A stretch of DNA of 64,000 nucleotides from the human T2T-CHM13v2.0 reference genome, Homo sapiens: the NCBI RefSeq assembly GCF_009914755.1, contig NC_060947.1, one strand, 5' to 3'. The translations under genes were made by a program, and so were the position numbers. The notes under the pieces were generated by a model. The model was not told the DNA's origin. It made no database searches and saw nothing but the letters and a program-made list of their open reading frames with translations. Positions within the stretch are counted from its first letter, which is position 1; the number at the start of each line of letters is the position of its first letter. Positions 57,811-64,000 of this stretch are shown here, piece by piece.

Positions 57811-58519
57811 AATAAAACCAATTTTTTAAAAACAACGAGATAGATAGGTCTATATCACTATCATGGAAATATGTCAACAACATATGTGGTTAAATGATAA
57901 TATTGAAAAGCCCTACATGTAATATTAAGTATGTACCAAAATGTTAGTAGTGGTTACATAAAATATTACATAGAATATGCGCAAATTGATAATAGTGGAA
58001 ATATGCACCAATAAAATATGCACCAAATTTTAATAGTGGTTTTGCTTAATATTAAATAAAATGTGCACCAAATTGTTGATAGTGGTCATATCCAAGGGCA
58101 AGTTTGGCAGTCTTTCATTTTCTCTGTTCTGTAACAGTTGGATTTTTCACAATTCATCATCAGAAAAGAAAGAATTAAAAAAACAATAACAAAGAATCAG
58201 AGACATGCAGGAAGTATTCAAAGCGTATTATATGAACAAAAATGCATTAAAAGAGAAAAGCCCTTAGAAAAAGCCTCAAAACAGCAAAAAAAAAAAAAAA
58301 AAAGTTCTTAATACATACAGAAGTAAAGTATTATAGCCAAGGAACTGGAAAGAAAGGGATAGATTCAAAACACTTCACAGAAGGGCTCTAGGGGCTAATG
58401 AGACAAGAAAGAACCCAAATCTAATGGTTGGGAGAAGTTAGAAAGAGGGATGATGTGCTTTTAGGGGGAGATTGAAGAGATTAGTTTTAGAAATTATATG
58501 TTTAAGACATAATAGCAAA

Positions 58520-58670
58520 TTTATCTTATTCTCTTTTTATGAATGAAAATTTCGACACAGAATTTGAGCAGTTTGCCCAAGTTACCCATCTGGCAAGTAG
58601 TAGAAGCAGGATTCAAAACTTTGGCAGTCCACATGCAAGGCCTTCGCACCTTACTACTACACAACTGTGC
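58520..58670 (+). mobile_element. MIR SINE
   Basis: ttgcccaagttacccatctggcaagtagtagaagcaggattcaaa. Confidence 0.65.
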
Positions 58671-58784
58671 CTCTTGATACTCATTAGGTAACATCCAGTT
58701 TCACATCTTTGATATTAGAGTTCAGGGGAGTTTAAAGATGTTAGGACTGAAGATAGAATATTTGGGAGTAAGCTACACACAGAT

Positions 58785-59278
58785 TATGGTATGAGACCAC
58801 CACTTCTCGTGTTGTCTTTCCCAGTTTCTCCCCAACCTCCCCTTTTCCCTAGTTTATAAGACAGGAGAAAAGGGAGAAAGCAAAAAGTTGGAAAGAAACA
58901 GAAGTAAGATAAATAGCTAGATGACCTTGGCGCCACCACCTGGCCCTGGTGGTTACAATAATAATATTAACCCCTGACCAAAACTACTGGTGTTATCTGT
59001 AAATTCCAGACATTGTATGAGAAAGCACTGTAAAACTTTTTGTTCTGTTAGCTGATGTATGTAGCCCCCAGTCATGTTCCTCACGCTTACTCGATCTATT
59101 ATGACTCTTTCACGTAGACCCCTTAAGAGTTGTAAGCCCTTAAACGGGCTAGGAATTTCTTTTTCAGGGAGCTCGGCTCTTAAGACACGAGTCTGCTGAC
59201 GCTCCCAGCCGAATAAAAAACCTCTTCTTTCTTTAATCCGGTGTCTGAGGAGTTTTGTCTGGGACTCGTCCTGCTACA
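58785..59278 (+). mobile_element. LTR2-family (HERV-E related) solo LTR
   Basis: tatggtatgagaccacc...gtctgaggagttttgtctgggactcgtcctgctaca; TSD agat; AATAAA at ~59212. Confidence 0.8.
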
Positions 59279-59303
59279 AGATTACTATTAAAACTGAAAA
59301 TGA

Positions 59304-59610
59304 TGGTCTCCAGCTTCATCCATGTCCCCTCATTCTCAGCAAACTATCGCAAGGACAAAAAACCAAACACCGCATGTTCTCCCTCATAGGTGGGAATTGA
59401 ACAATGAGAACACATGGACACAGGAAGGGGAACATCACACCCTGGGGCCTGTTGTGGGGTGGGGGAGGGGGGAGGGATAGCATTAGGAGATATACCTAAT
59501 GTAAATGACGAGTTAATGGGTGCAGCGCACCAGCATGGCACATGTATACATATGTAACAAACCTCCACGTTGTGCACATGTACCCTAAAACTTAAAGTAT
59601 AATAAAAAAA
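59304..59610 (+). mobile_element. Short L1PA (PA3/PA4-like) with 5' inversion
   Basis: 14-bp TSD aaaactgaaaatga at 59290-59303 and 59611-59624; 59304-59328 inverted. Confidence 0.92.
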
Positions 59611-59764
59611 AAAACTGAAAATGAGTTCTCTTACGGGAGATTATAAAAGAGGCAAAGCAGCGAACTGGAGAATAAGCCTTGGCAAGCAACTCCCTTAATT
59701 ATCACTATTTCTTACCAAAGTCAAATGACTTCCTAGAAAGAACAAGACTTAAAGAAAGAAAGGC

Positions 59765-59935
59765 ATGTGTTCAAATTCCAGCTCTGCTGTTTACTAGCTG
59801 AGGAATCTTGGGAAAATCACTTTCCTCTCTGTGCTTTAGTTTTTCATCTATAAAATGGATGGTCATGAGGATTACATGAAAAATATACATAAAGCACTTA
59901 GAGTTGTAGCATGCACATAATATGCACTCAATAAA
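59765..59935 (-). mobile_element. MIR SINE
   Basis: ttcaaattccagctctgc...ctctgtgctttagtttttcatctataaaatgg. Confidence 0.75.
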
Positions 59936-61084
59936 TTCCACTTTGTTTTTAAATTTTGTTTTAGAAACAGGAAGATCAGAGCCTGAGAGAGTAATATCTA
60001 GGCATATAAACATATGTGTTAAAATTATTTTAAAATGTGGTTTTTTGTTGAGGTTTTCATAAAAGTTCTCCATGCAGGAAGTATTCAAAGTATATTATAT
60101 GGAATATAATTTTCATAATAATTTTCCATTTTCTGTGATCTACAAATTTTGGCATAATCTGAAAAACAAACAAAGAAAAAACAAACAAAAATAACAGAGT
60201 TTGAAATATGCAATTTAGAAAAACTATTTCACCAATGTTTACTGGCAGCTCCATTAGAGAAAATTGTAGGGAACAGGTTGGTAAGCTGATCTCTTCCTTG
60301 CCTCCCAGTTACCAAATTAAGAATCATTTTACTCATTACTTGTGGATTTAGGGGGTACAAGTATAGATTTCTTACATGCATATATTGAGGTCTGGGCTCT
60401 TAGTGTACCCTCATTATTTGATCTATTTTCCTTCAAAGAAGAGATGCTCTTACCTCTTTCTTTTCTGAGAGAGAGAACCATAGGAGTAAAAAAGCAAAAA
60501 ATTAGAGCAGGTGTTAAAATCATATCAGAAATAAAGACTGTAACATAAATACATTTAAAATATGTTTAAAGTAAAGAAATAAGAATTTGAGAAAAGGACA
60601 ATATATCATCAAACAAGATGAGGAATAATTGAAATATGACCTCTAGAAATGACAAATGTAACCACTAAAACTAAAATATTAATGGACAATTTAAAGAATT
60701 AGATTTATTTGAAGAGAGAATTGGTGACTTGGAAGACAGGAAATTTCCCAGGATGCAAAACAAAGAGGGTAAGGACTGGAATTTATGAATGAAAAAAAAA
60801 GACGCAGGTAGAAAAGCATGAGAGGATCCAACATATGCTTAATAGAGTTCCAGGAAAAAAAAAAAAAAAAACTAGAACATTGAAAAAGCAACCTTCAAAG
60901 TTGTATTGACTAAAGATTTTCCAGAGGGGTTGAACGACATCAATCATCATTTACAGAAAGTACAACAGATCACAATCCAAATAAGTAAAAATAGATTTCA
61001 GCCACAAAAGCTCACAATGAATATTTATCAAACACATACAGCAACAAGCCACCATCAACATTACAGAGAAACTTAAAGACTAGC

Positions 61085-62068
<984 letters not shown>

Positions 62069-62099
62069 CAGCCATTTAAAGTGTATAATTCAATGGGTT

Positions 62100-62382
62100 T
62101 TTAATTTTTTCTCTTTAATCAACAAATAAAACTGTATATATCTATAGTGTACAAGATGACGTTCTGCAATATGTATACATTGCGGAATGGCTAAATCAAG
62201 CTAATTAACATATGCATTACCTCACATACTTTGAGGTAGGAACACTTCAAATGTACTCTCTTAGCAATTTCAGCAATTTCCAAGTATACAGTGCTTTGTT
62301 ATTAACTATAGTCACCATGTTGTACAATAGATCTCTTGAACTTACTCCTCCTGTCTAACTGAAATTTTGTATCCTTTGACTA
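62100..62382 (-). mobile_element. L1MA 3' end fragment
   Basis: ttaactatagtcaccatgttgtacaatagatctcttgaactt. Confidence 0.8.
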
Positions 62383-62768
62383 TGTAATAATTTTAATATA
62401 AAAAGTGGACAACCCGAATAAACCAATAACTATTGAAGAAATGTAAAAGGTAACCAAAAATATGCAAAAACGCTACCATGTCCAGAAGGTTTGATGAGAG
62501 ATGTCTCCTAGCTCTTTAAAGAACAGGTTCTCTCTTGTTATACTGTTAAAGAACTTACAAATCTATCATTTCCAACTCTCTGTGATGCCAACTAGCAAAA
62601 TCCTAACATGAGTACCAGACAAAAAGAGAAAAAATGGAAGGAAGGGAAGGAGTGGAAAAGGGAAAGAGAAAAGTTAACGAAGAAAAGAGTAAGAAAAAAG
62701 CTACAAGTCAATCTCACTTATAACATAGATGCTAAAATCTTAAATAAAATATTAGAAAATTGAACCTG

Positions 62769-63142
<374 letters not shown>

Positions 63143-63644
63143 TTAGGCTTTAGAAGAACTTAATAAAGGAAGAACTCAAGGCAAGGTGGTAAAGCAACAA
63201 AATAAGATAGACGTGGGGCTAAAGAAAAACTATGTACATGCGATGTATTTAATAAATGTACAGAACAAGAACTATGCTTTCATTTCTGGCAATATTATAC
63301 AATAGCTATCCTTTTAAACACTAGGAGGCATGTATAAAGCCTGGATTCAAAAAGCAATAAATTCCTTTTAAATAGATAGCTGAGTTTGATGAAAGTAAGG
63401 AAACTCGTAGGATCCAAAAATGTAGAGGATACTGAGAATCAGAGTAGTGAGCAGGCAATGATGGTGTCAGCTGCTCTACCCCAGGTTAGTTTCTCAACCT
63501 CAGTAACTAGGACACTACTAAAGTCTATAGGCTGCAGGAGCAAGAAAGACGCCCGGGGCCCAAACAAGGCTGGGATCCTACAAGGGCTACACTCTGAGTG
63601 GAATGGCACCCTAAGATGCACTCCCCACACCAGCAATGGCGATA

Positions 63645-64000
63645 CAGCCATGCACTACGTAACAACATTTCAGTCAATGCCAGACTGCATATATGACAGC
63701 GGTCCCATAAGATTATAATAAAGCTGAAAAATTATTATTGTCCTAGTGACGCAGTAGCCATCGTGATGCCATAGCACAATGCATTACTCACATGCCTGTG
63801 GCGATGCTGCTGTAAACACACCTACTGCGCTGCCACTTGTATAAAAATCCAGCACATACAATTATGTACCGTACCTAAAACTTGATAATGATAATAAATG
63901 ACTATGTTACTGGTTTGCGGATTTACTATACTATAAAATGATTTTATTGTTATGTTAGAGTGTACTCTTTCTACTTATTGAAAAAAAAAAGTTAGCTGTA
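63645..64000 (+). mobile_element. Tigger3-family DNA transposon (runs off window)
   Basis: TA then cagccatgcac...ggtcccataagattataat...cctactgcgctgcc. Confidence 0.8.

Noticed and set aside
63386-63718. 110-aa ORF near the window end
   Set aside because: Runs into a Tigger3 element; no homology recognised and no splice context

Overview
Primate (most likely human Xp11.3) genomic DNA, dense in repeats (about 40 Alu copies plus L1, L2, MIR, solo LTRs and DNA-transposon relics). It holds the 5' end of EFHC2 on the minus strand: a CpG-island promoter at ~39.8-40.2 kb, coding exon 1 at 39883-39924, a 30.8-kb intron 1 and exon 2 at 8882-9070. Intron 2 contains a near full-length processed RRM2 pseudogene (probably RRM2P3, 3665-6850) with three frameshifts, an A-tail remnant and a degenerate target-site duplication (TSD). 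The right-hand ~23 kb is upstream intergenic repeat sequence. Almost all ORFs in the track are Alu/L1 artefacts. I find no support for a new protein-coding system. The best leads are smaller: a retained CpG cluster and an A-tailed foreign insert in the RRM2 retrocopy, a composite inverted-plus-direct duplication in intron 1, an orphan ~48-nt A-tailed insertion, one L1 target site used twice, and RFX X-box/NF-Y/Sp1 motifs around the promoter. Repeat family names and parent-gene comparisons come from memory of consensus sequences and need RepeatMasker/BLAST confirmation. Repeat boundaries are approximate unless a TSD is given.
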